A DNA stretch of 64,000 nucleotides from Octopus vulgaris (GCA_951406725.2 OX597822.1:24304001-24368000); one strand, 5' to 3'; numbered from the stretch's first letter, positions 1-15,153 are shown. Translations and numbers: made by a program. Notes: generated from the sequence alone by a model not told the origin.

Positions 1-962
1 TCACTGCCATCTTCCACAACTTGAAACCTTACAAATTCAAGCAAACCTTCTTCGTGATTAGTAATCATTCAAACAAGGCACGAGAAAAGAAAACATCTAT
101 ATGTCGATTACGAGCTGTAGTTAGACATGGCTATGAAGCTATAAGGCGGTGAGCTGGCAGAAACGTTAGCACGCCGGGCGAAAGGCGTAGCCGTATTTCG
201 TCTGTCGTTACGTTGTGAGTTCAAATTCCGCCGAGGTCGACTTTGCCTTTCATCCTTCCGGGGTCGATTAAATAAGTACCAGTTACGCACTGGGGTCGAT
301 GTAATCGACTTAATACCTATGTCTGTCCTTGTTTGTCCTCTCGATGTTTAGCCCACAGGAGAACCTCGTTACATGCATGAACAAACCCAAGATGCGATAA
401 CTTATGACAGAATGCTTGACCATCCGGATCCTTTATCAATGCATCTCATTTCTGCATTTTCTGAAGGATAAATATTTGTTTTAATGAATATTCTTCGATT
501 CTTGGTGTCTTCCATCCGCACCCGTGTATATTCAAAGATGTTAAAGACGTTGATATATACGTGTGATTATTGCTGAGCATTTTCTTTTTTTTTTTTATTA
601 CCCACAAAGGGCTAAACATCGAGAGGATAAACAAGGACAGACATAGGTATTAAGTCGATTACATCGACCCCAGTGCGTAACTGGTACTTATTTAATCGAC
701 CCCGGAAGGATGAAAGGCAAAGTCGACCTCGGCGGAATTTGAACTCACAACGTAACGACAGACGAAATACGGCTACGCCTTTCGCCCGGCGTGCTAACGT
801 TTCTGCCAGCTCACCGCCTTATAGCTTCATAGCCATGTCTAACTACAGCTCGTAATCGACATATAGATGTCTTCTTTTCTCGTGCCTTGGTTGAATGATT
901 ACTAATTATGAAGAAGGTTTGCTTGAATTTGTGAGGTTTCAAGTTGTGGAAGATGGCAGTGA
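1..962. repeat. Inverted duplication: arms 1-354 and 609-962 (SINE plus about 140 bp of unique flank), 254-bp spacer
   Basis: Arms are reverse complements with about 6 mismatches. Identical 60-aa ORFs at 108..290(-) and 673..855(+). Confidence 0.95.
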
Positions 963-1123
963 TAGCACTGGCACCGAATTTTATAAGATCTGTAAGGAAA
1001 TACAGTTATTTTTCTGATTACCTAACAAAACGTTAGAATGTTTTCACATCGCCTGTAATTCCACAACTAAAGGCTTCCAGATACGTAACTGTAAACGTTT
1101 CTGCATTCCACATGTTTCCAAAA

Positions 1124-1162
<39 letters not shown>

Positions 1163-1240
1163 TATGTATATACATATATATATACATACATATATAGATA
1201 TATATTATATATTTACATATAAATATATATATATATATAT

Positions 1241-1414
1241 AGAAAATAGTAAAGAGTGAAAAAACGACAGAAGGCTTAAATGTTAAAAAATATATATATT
1301 TGCGTCAATATGTCTGAAGAATATTAGAAAATTTAAAAAAAATTTTTTTCTTATAATGACATAATTTAAAAGAAAGACCGGTTTCGCGTGTAGCATTTCA
1401 AATTTCTTGTGACG

Positions 1415-1415
<1 letters not shown>
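1241..1415 (-). mobile_element. Penelope-like pseudo-LTR fragment between (TA)n tracts, with a degenerate hammerhead-like motif
   Basis: Resembles 4670-4820 in reverse. Minus strand reads AGAAAT-TTGAAAT-GC-TACAC-GC-GAAA-CCGG-TC-TTTCT. Confidence 0.5.
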
Positions 1416-1453
<38 letters not shown>

Positions 1454-1492
1454 TGTAATACAAAGGCATACATGCACATATACATACATACA

Positions 1493-3056
1493 TTCTTTAT
1501 GCAAAGAATATGCATGAAATGAAAAAGAACCTTGACCTAGCTACAACATTCTCAAAGGATGTAGGGTTGGAGTTTGGTCAGGATAAGCGTTGTTATATGG
1601 TTGTGAAAAGTGGGAAAACTATACACCAGATTAGTAACATCTCCATTAATGATTTGACCGTTTCCCTGTATCTGACAAGGAATGTTGCAGGTATCTAGGG
1701 GTGGATGAAAATATATCTTACAATGGCACTTGTAACAAAATACGTGTTACTAAAGAATATTACAGCTGAATAAAGAAAATCTGGACCTCAGAACTCTGCA
1801 TTCAATAAAACAGTGGCCCACTATGTATTTGCAGTGCCAGAACTCATACCAACAGTTGATCTGAGCTATTGATGTGAAAACCCGAAAAACACTAAGAAGC
1901 ACACATAATTTCCACATAAACAGTGACGTAGACCACCTCTGCTTAAAACGAAAACAAGGCGGAAGAGGCTTAACATCGATCCAAAATGCCTTTGATTGCC
2001 GTATCATATCCCTTCGGCAACATTTTTTAACCACCAAGTGTCAAAGTGCATCCCTTGACCAAGTTTGCGTACATGAGACTGATAACATCATAAGACTTAG
2101 AAGGCAGCTCCCTGTGCAACACTCTTTGTCTAATAACCTAGATTATATGCCCAAAGACATCACACGGCTCTGCCGCAACGTATCATCAAATGAAGGGATG
2201 AGTCTATATGAACAGAAGATTATGCTTAGATATGTTAGTAGAAAACATCGATTATCAAAGCAGTTTATCATGGACCAATAGCCGGATTACTATCTCCCAT
2301 TTTAAAGGGTATGCGTTTGCAATCCAAGACCAGGAAATATCAACCAAGTACCTGATGCACAAAAGGGATAGTGATGTAGGAAAAGCGGTAAAATGTGACA
2401 ACCGATGCAGACTTTGTGGAGTTCACAATGAAGATATCACCCACATCATAAGCAGTTGTCCGAAAATGTCATCAGGTATTACCTGCCGATGAGACATGAT
2501 GTTGTAGCTAGGACACTCTATAATGAAATCCGTCGGAAGGATAATCCCGAGGACAAAGAAATAAGAACCCTCAATATGGTAGAAGCCATAGCCACTCATA
2601 ATAAAAGGAATACTAGTGGAATGTTCCAGTGAAGACCTCAATAATATGTAAGCACAACAGAGCAGATACTATGATTTGGGATTGAGAAGAGAAACTGTGC
2701 ACAGTTGTGGAAATTAGCTGCCCAGTGGATGCTAATATAAAGCTGAAGATCAGTGAAAAAGAGAACACCTATGCTGAACTATTGAGAAATCTACAGTTAC
2801 TCTATTGATACTACAAGTTCAGGTATATATCTGTAATTATTGGAGCCCTGTGATATGTAACGCACTATCTAAATACCAATCTTGAGAAATTAGGCTTCTC
2901 AAAACCAGAAACGAGAAAGCTAATTCGAAGACTACAGATCCAATTCATCACCGGAACTGTAAATATCTGTAAAACCTTTCAGAAGTTTAGCATTTAAATA
3001 TATATGAGCATGAACTATATGCATGAGAATATATACATAAAACATACTAAACTGCA
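1493..3056 (+). mobile_element. 5'-truncated R4/Dong-like non-LTR retrotransposon (RT C-terminus, CCHC knuckle, restriction-like endonuclease), frameshifted
   Basis: Broken ORFs carry GGRGL, CRLC..HIISSC, RHD, KHNR.D..IWD, VVEISCP and EKENTY motifs. Flanked by (CATA)n. Confidence 0.85.
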
Positions 3057-3094
3057 CATACATACATACATACATACATACATACATACATACA

Positions 3095-3126
<32 letters not shown>

Positions 3127-3329
3127 CAATTTAATAACAATACTAACATTTATATATATGATGTTGCAATTATAAATATATACAGCTTTTATGTTTGTTT
3201 AAAAACAGCTGTAAGTACAAGGTTCAAGTCAGTTAAATTTTTTTATTCTTCTAGATCTATATAACTATAAATATAAATAAATATATGAGTGGCTGAAGCC
3301 ACTAAAAGAATAATAAAAGAATGTGTGTG

Positions 3330-3377
<48 letters not shown>

Positions 3378-3856
3378 CACACACACACACGCATATATAT
3401 ATGTATATTTATGTAATGCATACATAAATATATGCATGTGTAATTTTATGTACATATATGTGTGTGTATATATCTAAGTCTATCTGTACATTTAATAATA
3501 TAGACACAGACACACACACATATACGCATACATACGTACATATATACATACATACACGCATACATACATACATACATACATACATACATACATACATACA
3601 TACATACATACATACATACACACGTGCACGTACACACTAGTAGCATTATTCGGTGTCGGCTGTATGTATAAAAAGTATAAGGACAATTACATAGTCAATA
3701 CAAAAAAATTTGACTGAACATAATTTCAGATGCTTTAGGAACAAACAGTGACCTGCCACTCGGAAGGTGTGTTGCTGTGTTGAACTGTGTTGAACACACC
3801 TTCTCCCAAAATACTGCTGAGCATATCCACATACAACCCCCAGAAACAAAGAAGCC

Positions 3857-4446
3857 TTGACCATCATCACCCAGAATTTACCAGTGCTACATAAGGATAC
3901 CAAATTAAAGGAAATTTTATACGTACATAAAATCACCAAAAGCTACAAACAACCGAAATCACTAAAAAAGATCTTAACGAAGGCAAAATTATTTTCTGAA
4001 ATAATGGATGCAAAAGGAAAACAATGTGGTAGACCAAATTGCGCAACATGCCCAAACCTTCTTGAAGGATCAGAATTCCTCTTCAAAGTGGGGCAAAAAT
4101 TCAAAATCAAATCTAATTTTACTTGTGCTTCAGGAAACCTGATTTATATCATAAGATGCCCGGGCTGCCACCAAAACTACATAGGGTCCACTGGATTATC
4201 GTTCAGACGCAGATGCACTCTGCATCGACCACAGATTACATTCCCAGAATACTGAATGATACCCTTTAGTGAACATATTGAGAAAAGCGCAAAGCAACTA
4301 CGACCACAATTTTTAATCTTTCCAGTCTATCAATGTGCTATTGGAACACCAACACAAGTTAGATTAAACAAGGAAACCTTCTTCATTGAAAAATATAAGC
4401 CAAAACTTAACCATTTCTAACATTTTTAAATAAGGAAACTCACCTC

Positions 4447-4495
<49 letters not shown>

Positions 4496-4820
4496 CAAAA
4501 CTTAACCACTTGTAATATTCTATTCCTTCTAAACTAAATCATATCTAATGAGTCGTTCCCAACATGTTTAATTATCTCCCTTATACCGAGAACCCCCACC
4601 CCACCCCTGATTACATTCCCATGCCTAGAACTCCATATTTCCCAACATAGCGAAGACATGACACGATGTCGGTAAAGAAATTTGAGAAATTTGTAAAGAA
4701 AATAAGAAACCGGTTATTTCTCCAAAAACTATGTTACTATACGCAAAATTTTCTAACATAACGATTTAAATACATTCTTTAACCATATAACACAAGCGTT
4801 CTGTAGTTTTCACTCTTTAT
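3857..4820 (+). mobile_element. Penelope-like element relic: GIY-YIG endonuclease plus 3' pseudo-LTR
   Basis: CGRPNCATC linker, then FTC.S.NLIYIIRCPGCHQNYIGSTG...H. Reading through TGA 4253 gives FSEHI...ETFFI..YKPKLN* ending at 4420. Hammerhead-like motif at 4676-4721. Confidence 0.88.
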
Positions 4821-4910
4821 ATATATATATATCATTATTATTATTATTATTATATAAATACATACTTGACGTCCTGTACCCATATATTCATATATATATA
4901 TATATATATA

Positions 4911-5145
4911 CTTTATTTTAAGCAGCAGAAAATTCAACAAAATCTGTTACTCTGAGTTTCTCGTTGCCGTTCATCAGACAGTTTTTGCTAGATTCTAGCA
5001 AAAACTGTCTGATGAACGGCAACGAGAAACTCAGAGTAACAGATTTTGTTGAATTTTCTGCTGCTTAAAATAAAGCATATTACTCTACCACTGGTATTTG
5101 AGTACTCTTTTTTCCACCTTGTTTCACATTTATGTGTTTACTCCG
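4911..5145 (+). mobile_element. Penelope-type fold-back insertion: perfect 82-bp-arm palindrome (4911-5075) plus 3' extension, in (TA)n
   Basis: Arms 4911-4992 and 4994-5075 are exact reverse complements around one nucleotide and contain CTGATGA...GAAA. Confidence 0.8.
5001..5047 (+). ncRNA. Minimal type-I hammerhead ribozyme-like motif (mirrored on the minus strand in the left arm)
   Basis: CTGT-CTGATGA-A-CG(GCAA)CG-A-GAAA-CTC(A)GAG-TA-ACAG: stem I, canonical core, GNRA-capped stem II, near-palindromic stem III, GUA site. The 10.1/11.1 position is an A.A mismatch. Confidence 0.7.
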
Positions 5146-5909
5146 TATATATATATATATATACTATTATAATATATATATATTATTTATAAAGAAAAAA
5201 AAATATTTTATGAAAGAAAAAAAAATATTTTATTCAATTTTTTTTAAAGCAAACTAAGACAATAGAACAAAAATATTAAGTCAGTCATTTACTGACAGTA
5301 CATGACATGTACAGATTGAAAACACCTTATTTTAAAATATCGTGACATTCTGTGTATTTTCAGTATTTTTATTGTTGATAACTAAGGCGACCTCTATTCC
5401 AGCCGACACCACGAAGAACCTCCGTACCAGCCTTGTGGTTCTCCCGTTGTGTAACTTCTATTTTCGGTGACTTTTTCATCCTGGATCCGTAGAATTAGTG
5501 GAAAACATGAGCGCCTCCAAAATGTTCTGTACGCACTCGGACAATGTCTGGCTATTGTTGATTTGTTTGCTGCACTTGTGTATCAGCGCTGGGTGTTTCA
5601 TCGGAAGCCATTTCTTTCAATGGCATTTCCGTTGAACCAACTTTCAGAATAACGATCGCTATCTCACGAGAAAAGAAAAGAGAATGGAACTGGGGTGGAA
5701 GACTATGTCAAAAAAGCACAAAACAAAACAAAAAATATTTTTTGAAAAAGAAAAGAACTATTTCCGAATTGTAATTTCCGTTGTGTGTGAAGGCGCGTGG
5801 CCTAGTGATTGCTTGATCATGGGTTCGATTCCCATACCTGATGGTGCGTTGTGTTCTTGAGCAAAACATTTCATTTCACGTTGTTCCAGTCCACTCAGCC
5901 GCAAATGGG

Positions 5910-6262
5910 GGATCTTTTCGCACCCCTAACCCTAACCCTAACTAACTCTAACCCTAACCCTAAAACAGATTGAAATGCAATAGATCGATACTAGGGTCAT
6001 AATTATGGGTGACATTTTCATATGACACCGCCAGAAAATGTTGTTTACACTCTATGGCAGAAATCGTTTTCACCTCAATACAGGTCATTGATTGGTTGAA
6101 ATTGCCGAAATTGAAGAAAATGTGTTACAACTACAGAATTTTCTCAAGAAAGCCAAGAGAAAAAGATGTTTTATAAACACATTCTATCAGTATACGAAGT
6201 TTAAAATTTTTTAGTTACATGGAAAGTATTTTAAAAATCTGCCGGTCAAAGCGAAAAGATTC
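5910..6262. mobile_element. GG-terminated MITE (Merlin-like) with (CCCTAA)n, inserted in a SINE
   Basis: Ends GGATCTTTTCGC / GCGAAAAGATTC with 8-bp TSD CAAATGGG on both sides. Homologous to 43447-43857. Confidence 0.75.
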
Positions 6263-6429
6263 CAAATGGGTAAGACTGCGACGGAATAGTCTTCAGCGGG
6301 GTGACATCAATCGAAGGCTAAAATAATGGGAAGCGCATTGTGACCAGCATCGTAACTGACGAAGTGCAAGTTGAACGTAAATTAAGGCAGTGGTGGGTGA
6401 AAGTGTCAATAGAACAAAAATCTGTCACG

Positions 6430-7562
6430 ATTTGAGGTCATTTCAATAAGCTATATACATCTTCCGTGTCATGCCTTAATTTTAATAACCTGTTACATTC
6501 TTCCGACAGTTTCTATAAAATATCAAATCCTGGTTCATTTCCAGTTTTGATAGGATTTTCATTCGGATTTCAGCATCCCTTCTGTCAATCCTTGTGCAAA
6601 AATCAAACACTTAAAGGAATCTAGAATAAGCATATCTACCCTAAATTCACATTCTTCGTTGACTCTGCCTGTTTAAGTAGTGGAGTCTTTATCTTCGCTC
6701 TTTTCTATGTTTAAACTTTTCCATCTAGTATTAAACAGTCAGCTCTTTTCGCTAAATATTTTACACAAAATGTCAACTGTGTCGGTGAAAATTATGTCAG
6801 ACACTTATTTTGTCAATATGAAGTTACTATGCTTCTCATACTCTGCTGTCGCTAGTTTTCTTAGAACTAGACGCGTTTTCATTTCGTCCGTCCAATCCTG
6901 ACATTCTTTTTCAAAATTTTGTTGAAATCTTCAAAAGTAAGCCTCGAAGGTTACTCCTTCTTCGGGGTCATATTTGAATTCGCATTGGAAATTTGCTACA
7001 TGGTCAGGTGAAAATGTATTCTCTGGTTTGCTGCAATTTTTGTTGTTCTCACTGTTCCTTGAGTTGTTGTTGCTGTTTTTCCAACTCAATTATCACAGTC
7101 AACAAGTCTTCCATATTTTATGGTTTTCGTAAGTTTGTACAAGATTTTCGTTTCTTTTTTGTCGAGGAATATAATTCTCCACATGAATTAGTTTAACTCT
7201 CCGTGTGAACGTTTTTTCCCCCCACTCCGCGTATATTTGCTTTTCCTCGTCGCCACTGTTGTATCTGTCTTTTGACGAAGGTTGTCGCTCTGACAGATAT
7301 TATTAAATTCCAAAGTCGTCAATAGAATGTTTTTTATCTGGCACTGTACGACCCCCAGTCGTAAAGTGTTATTGTCCTCAAAAGGTTGGATAGTTATAAC
7401 GTCCACTCAGTATTACAGTATAATTACTAAATCAACACAGACCCGACTATCAACACAGTCTACACGTACTCTCCACTTTCTGACCTCCCCTTTCGACTGG
7501 CTACTGGTCTATTTATAATGGCTGGTAACTACCACTTTTTACTGGTGGTGGTGGGGGTTACA
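6430..7562 (-). mobile_element. Ty3/gypsy LTR-retrotransposon relic: 5' LTR (7562-7257), PBS, decayed gag
   Basis: LTR runs TGTAAC...AACA with TATAAATA. PBS TGGCGACGAGG at 7255-7245. Gag from ATG 7114 contains F.YDPEEGVTFEAYF, RLVLRKL, LFNTRW and FKCLIFAQGL, with stops. Confidence 0.8.
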
Positions 7563-8169
7563 GTTTCACTATACATACATACATACATACATACATACAT
7601 ACATACATACATACATACATACATACATACATTATGGTTGCCCCCTCGTTATCGAGTATGGCCATTGCACGAAGCTTAACTGTTACTGGTGCCCAGCTAA
7701 AGATCTACAATGTCTTGTACAGAATTGGCAACTAAAACCTTTACCGGTAATAGCCGGCTGTAGTTGTAACTGGGCTTCATGTACCTTTGATACATACATA
7801 CATACGCTACACATACATACAAGTATAAACGGATGCAATATATTTACTGTATCCGTTGCTGTTCTTGATGGATCCTGCGTTAAACTCCCACTTTTACACG
7901 ACCCAGGTGAAGTTCAAACAATTATGATATAGTCATTACATGATATGAAGAACTCATCTAGCATCAGAGAGAAACATGAAGCATGAAGTCGGTATTTCCT
8001 TTATTTTAGACGAATGATCTTTAGAAATTGTATTTAGAATTTACCGTTGCTTATCGATCTTAATTATCGATCAAAGAAACGTGTGTAACAGATATGAAGT
8101 AAAAGAAATAGTAACTCCACGCGATAGACAGAGACAGACAGATAAACAGACACACAGACAGGCTGATTG

Positions 8170-8221
8170 CTCGAGGAGATAGAAAGATGGATGGATAGAT
8201 AGATAGATAGATAGATAGATG

Positions 8222-8295
<74 letters not shown>

Positions 8296-9140
8296 CAGAT
8301 AGATAAACAGGCGGACAGATGGATAAAGAGGCAGGCAGGCAGACAGATATGCATGCAGACGTACATACATACAGACAGACAGACAGAGATGTGTGCGTAT
8401 TTATTTACTGATGCATCACGATGTGTTTTTATGTTGAAAAGTACAACTTAGCGAATCAATAGAGGTCGACAAAATATGTACCAGTGTCAAATAAGTACGG
8501 TTTAACTATAACAGTTGAAGGCGGTATACCAGAATGCTTACAGATCTATAACTGAGAAGGATATGTATGTTGTATGTATGTATGTATGTATGTATGTATG
8601 TATGTATGTATGTATGTATGTATGTATGTATGTATGTATGTATGCATGTATGTATGTATGTATGTATGTATGTATGTATGTATGTATGTATGTATGTATG
8701 TATGTATGTATGCTTGCATGTATGTATGTATGTATGTATGTATGTATGTATGCTTGCATGTATGTATGTATGTTGTATGTATGTATGTTGTATGTTGTAT
8801 GTATGTATGTATGTATTTATGTATGTATGTATGTTTGTACGTACGTACGTATGTATGTATGTATGTATGTATGTACGTATGTATGTATGTACGTTATATA
8901 TGTAGACAGGTAGATAGGTGGGCACATACACACTCCACACACAAACACACACAGACACACATACACACAGATAGATTGACTGGTATATATGTATGTACGC
9001 ACACACATACTAATCACACACACACACACACACATACATACATACATACATACATACATACATACATACATACATACAATCATTCGCGTATATGCGTACA
9101 TACATATACGTATATGTGTGTATATGTGCGTAACAGTGCG
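8170..9140. repeat. Compound microsatellite field (GATA)n / (TATG)n / (CA)n / (CATA)n
   Basis: Directly visible. Source of many YVCM/HTYI pseudo-ORFs. Confidence 0.95.
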
Positions 9141-9739
9141 TATTTATGTATGTGTGTGTGGTACTGAGATGCTTGTTTAAGTTCATAATTTAGGAAACGG
9201 CATTAATTTTATTATATTTGACTTTATCTTTTATTTCATCTTCATATCTGGACTAGTTTCCCCGGTTCAGAGGAAGATACTGTAAGTAACCTAGATGCTA
9301 GCGAGCGGAGGGGTTGGTAGAGGCGGTAAGATCGATCGGTGAGTGAAGGAAGTGCGTGAATTAACGAATAAAAAGTCAGGAAAAAGAGAGGAAGGAGTTC
9401 GGGAGATGCAGAGAGAGAAGGAAAGAGAAACGAAGCCGAAATAAATGTCTAATTAATACATACATACATACATACATACATATACATACATACATACATA
9501 CGCACATCCATACATACATACATACGCACATCCATACATACATGCATGCAAACACATACATTCATGCAAACACATACATACGCACATACATACATATACA
9601 TATATACAAACATACATACGTACGTACATACGCACACGCACATGCATACATACATAAATATGCATGTACATCATACATACATGCATACATAGATAGATAC
9701 ATACATATATGTAGATATGTATGGGTACACATATGCGTC

Positions 9740-9774
<35 letters not shown>

Positions 9775-10022
9775 TTTCCTATATATATATATATTACCAA
9801 TGTCGATATGTTTACATACCCGTAACTTAGCGACTCGGCTAAAGAGACCGATAGAATAAGTACTAGGCTTACAAAGAATAAGTCCTGGGATCGATTTGTT
9901 CAACTAAAGGCGGTGCCCCAGCATGGCCACAGTCAACTGACTGAAACAAGGAAAAGAATGAAAGAATATATATATACATACATATATATATGTGTATATA
10001 CATACATATATATATGTGTATA

Positions 10023-10076
<54 letters not shown>

Positions 10077-10316
10077 TGCGCGCGTACACACACATACATC
10101 ACTTTCCTGGCTTCCCCCATAAGAAATATTGCACTCAGTGCTGAGTGCTCGTGTGACATCTTATAACTTCCTCACAGCCATTTATATGAAGTGTGTTTTT
10201 ATTGCAGAAAGCATTTAAATAGCTTCTTGCGTGTGGAACCATATGAATTGCTCAGTGTGCAAGTGGAAAACCTTCCCCGGAGACTAATAAACGTGTGATT
10301 ATGTGTGTAGGTATTG

Positions 10317-10391
<75 letters not shown>

Positions 10392-10819
10392 TGTGTATGT
10401 GTGTCTGTCTGTCTATCTGTCTGTGTCTGTGTCTGTGCGTGCATGTAAAAGAAACGAATGGAGATTTATGATTTATAAGCTACGAACGTTTCAAATAGAA
10501 CAGCATACCTGAAAAAGCCGCAATGAAAACTCTTGATTATTGTGACAGTGATATTCAAAGTACAATTTTGTTAGCCGGGTTTGATACAAACAGAGTGCTT
10601 ATAAAGTAGTTGCCTGGATTCTTTAATCCCTTTTTACTTCCAGTGTGTGTAAGCGCGCGCACGCGTGTGTTTGTGACTGAGTGTATATATATATATATAT
10701 ATAGGTTTGGTGGGGCAAACAGGAAATCATAACTCAAAACATGAGTACATGTATGCCTTTTAGTAATATTTTTAATATTTGATAAATGCTAGCGCATGAA
10801 ACTCTCAGCCATTGAGTCA

Positions 10820-11910
<1,091 letters not shown>

Positions 11911-13068
11911 GTATGTATGTATGTATGTATGTATGTATGTATGTATGTATGTATGTATATATGTATGTAAGTGTGTATGTGACACCTGTTTATGGCTGTG
12001 TGGCAAAAAGCTTGCTTGCCAACCACATCATTTAAGTTTCAGTCCCACTGCATGGCATTTGGGGTAACTGTCTTCTACTATAGCTACGAGTTGACCAAAG
12101 CCTTGTGAGTGGATTTGGTACAGAAACAAACCCATTGTGTGTGTGTATGTGTGTGTATAGAACTGGCTCTTTTATATGCGTGTGTCTTCGTGTTTGTCCC
12201 CCTCACCATTTGACTGCCCGAATCTCAGTGGTTCAGAGCAATAAAATAAATAACAGGTGTTAAAAATAAGTACTGGAATCGACTCATTTGAATAATACTC
12301 TTGAAGGCGGTGCACCAGCATGGCTGCAGTCCAATAACTGAAACCAGTAAAAGATAATACACACACACACACACCTATGCACACACACACACACACACAA
12401 GTATACATATCGTTTCTCAAATGCATGAAGGTTTTTGTTGTCATAAGGAAGAAGCTATATACTGCAAACACAATCTACCTATTTATATGTTATATAAACA
12501 TACCTTTCCTTATAACACTGCTTTATTCTTCCCATGTTGTCAAGTAATCATTTTGACTGAGTCAGTCCATTTCTTATTCCCTTACATTTTTATTACTTTT
12601 ATTTCTTATACGTCTCTGATCTTGACCATTCAGTCTTGTTTTTGGAAATTGAAAGCCTGTGGCCTAATTGTTAGGGTATTTGGTTCGGGATCATAATGTC
12701 ATGGGTTTCAATTTCTAGACCTGGAGGTCCAAAATGTACTTTGTTTCCTGTTGCTCCCTTTTACTCGACAGAGACTGAGTAACAACTGATTTTAAAATTT
12801 TTATTGCTTTATTGCACACAGAGGGCTAAACATAGAGGGGACAAACAAAGACAGAGAAAGGGATTAAGTCGTTTATGTCGACCCCAGTGCATAACTGGTA
12901 CCTGTTACTAATCTACAAACATTTGTGGGTGATAGCTGCCCTTTTTTACTTTCTCTTTGACGGGAATCTATTTAATAATAGCCAATATAAATGTTTGTTT
13001 GTTGGTTGGTTGAATTCTACACTCAGGTTTTACATGGTATATAGACATGGGAGAGAGACAGATAGATA

Positions 13069-13189
<121 letters not shown>

Positions 13190-13830
13190 AATACAAGAAG
13201 TACAAGATGAATATTATAACTTTCTGAAAAATGCGCATGGAATACAATTATGTTGATAAAATTTAGAAAATATCGGCATGTGGTTATTGCAGATGTACAA
13301 AAAGATAAGATGGCTAGCTAGCAGATTCGTTAGCACACTAGCCGAAATGCTTAGCAGTATTTTGTCCGCCTTTACGTTGCTAGTTCAAATTTCTCTGAGG
13401 TTGACTTTGCCTTTCACCCTTTCGAGAGTCGATAAAATAAGTACCAGTTGAGGACGAGTCAATGTAATCATCTTAACTACTTCTGGATATGAATATAAAA
13501 GACTGCATCTCTCTGCCAAGCCACATCGTGCCAGTGTGCCAGAGTAGGCTCCTCAAACCATTATGCTCTCAAGCTCAAATTCATGGCCTCCACATCAGAC
13601 CATGGTTGGTAGAGAGAACATGCTGAGACCTTCATCCTGCAGTAAACTGAACATAGGAAATCCAATTCAATATAAAAATGAGAATTTTGTTTTATTTATT
13701 TCTATTTTGAGGCAGTGCTCCAGCATGGCCGCAGTCAAATGACTGAAACAAGTAAAAGAGTAAAGGAGTAATAAACCTTTTTTCTTTTGAAAATTACTAT
13801 TCATTTCATCATTCTGACTCTGCAACACTC

Positions 13831-14245
13831 TCTCTTTACTCTTTTACTTGTTTCAGTCATTTGACTGCGGCCATGCTGGAGCACCGCCTTTAGTCGAGCA
13901 AATTGACCCCGGGACATTCTTTGTAAGCCCAGTACTTATTCTATCGGTCTCTTTTGCCGAACCGCTAAGTGACGGGGATATAAACACACCAGCATCGGTT
14001 GTCAAGCAATGCTAGGGGGACAAACACAGACACACAAACACACACACATACATACATATATACATATATATATACATATATACGACAGGCTTCTTTCAGT
14101 TTCCGTCTACCAAATCCACTCACAAGGCTTTGGTCGGCCCGGGGCTATAGCAGAAGACACTTGCCCAAGATGCCACGCAGTGGGACTGAACCCGGAACCA
14201 TGTGGTTGGTTAGCAAGCTACTTACCACACAGCCACTCCTGCGCC
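13831..14245 (-). mobile_element. tRNA-derived SINE family B (head GGCGCAGGAGTGGCTGTGTGG, internal microsatellite); other copies at about 11990, 14930, 24030, 24590, 51477, 52818, 54530, 56079, 62522
   Basis: A/B-box-like head (TGGCTGTGTGG, GGTTCAGTCCC), CORE-like CTTGGGCAAGTG, and AGTAAAAG tail repeats. Many near-identical copies in the window. Confidence 0.85.
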
Positions 14246-15049
14246 TATGTATAAATTCTCTACTGGGAATGACCGACTTTAAAAACTACTGGATCTCACT
14301 CATAAAGGAATCTTACATTGTGTATAAACTCTATATTTGGAAGGACCCATTTTAAACTCTGTTGGACTTTTGGACTTTACTCATACCATTCAGCCTAAAA
14401 AAAAAATAAAAATTTTTTTTTTAAATAGTGGATCTACAACTTTAATATCCCTACACATCTTGCATCTATTTTCTTTTCTCCACCTCACTCTCTATTTTGT
14501 ATCACATCTAAACTAACTGTAAGACCTTCTATCTATAAATGTTCTAATATCTACACAGCCTTGGTTTTTTTATCTCATTACACAAAAAATTCTTATATAC
14601 ACACGCTGACATAGAACCAGCATCGAACCCCTTATTCACAAAATTACCGAATCTGGAACTTAACTATGGTCTGTCTATAGCACTTATTCAGCATTACCTG
14701 ACACCCTTGGGTCTTAATGACATCATCATCTCTTAAAAGTTAAATTATAAATACTGTATGTATGCTATATTTCCTGATATTACTCATTACAGCAAAAGCA
14801 TTCTTGCAAAGTTATTCATTGTATGACAAAACACACTAATGTTCTATTAATACTCCTTGAAACATATGTAAATAAATTGATATTTACACAGAGCAGACCT
14901 TCACACGGATGTTATGCATAATGTTTTAGCAAGAGTGTGGCTGTATGTGGTAAGAAGCTTGCTTCCCAGCCACATGCTTCTGGGTTCAGTCTCACTGCGT
15001 GGCCACCTTGTGAGTGGATTTGGTAGATGGAAACTGAAAGAAGCCCGTC

Positions 15050-15153
<104 letters not shown>

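Noticed and set aside
108-855. Two identical 60-aa ORFs
   Set aside because: Antisense readings of a SINE within the inverted duplication.
5924-5963. True telomere or chromosome fusion site
   Set aside because: Short CCCTAA run inside a MITE bounded by TIRs and a TSD.
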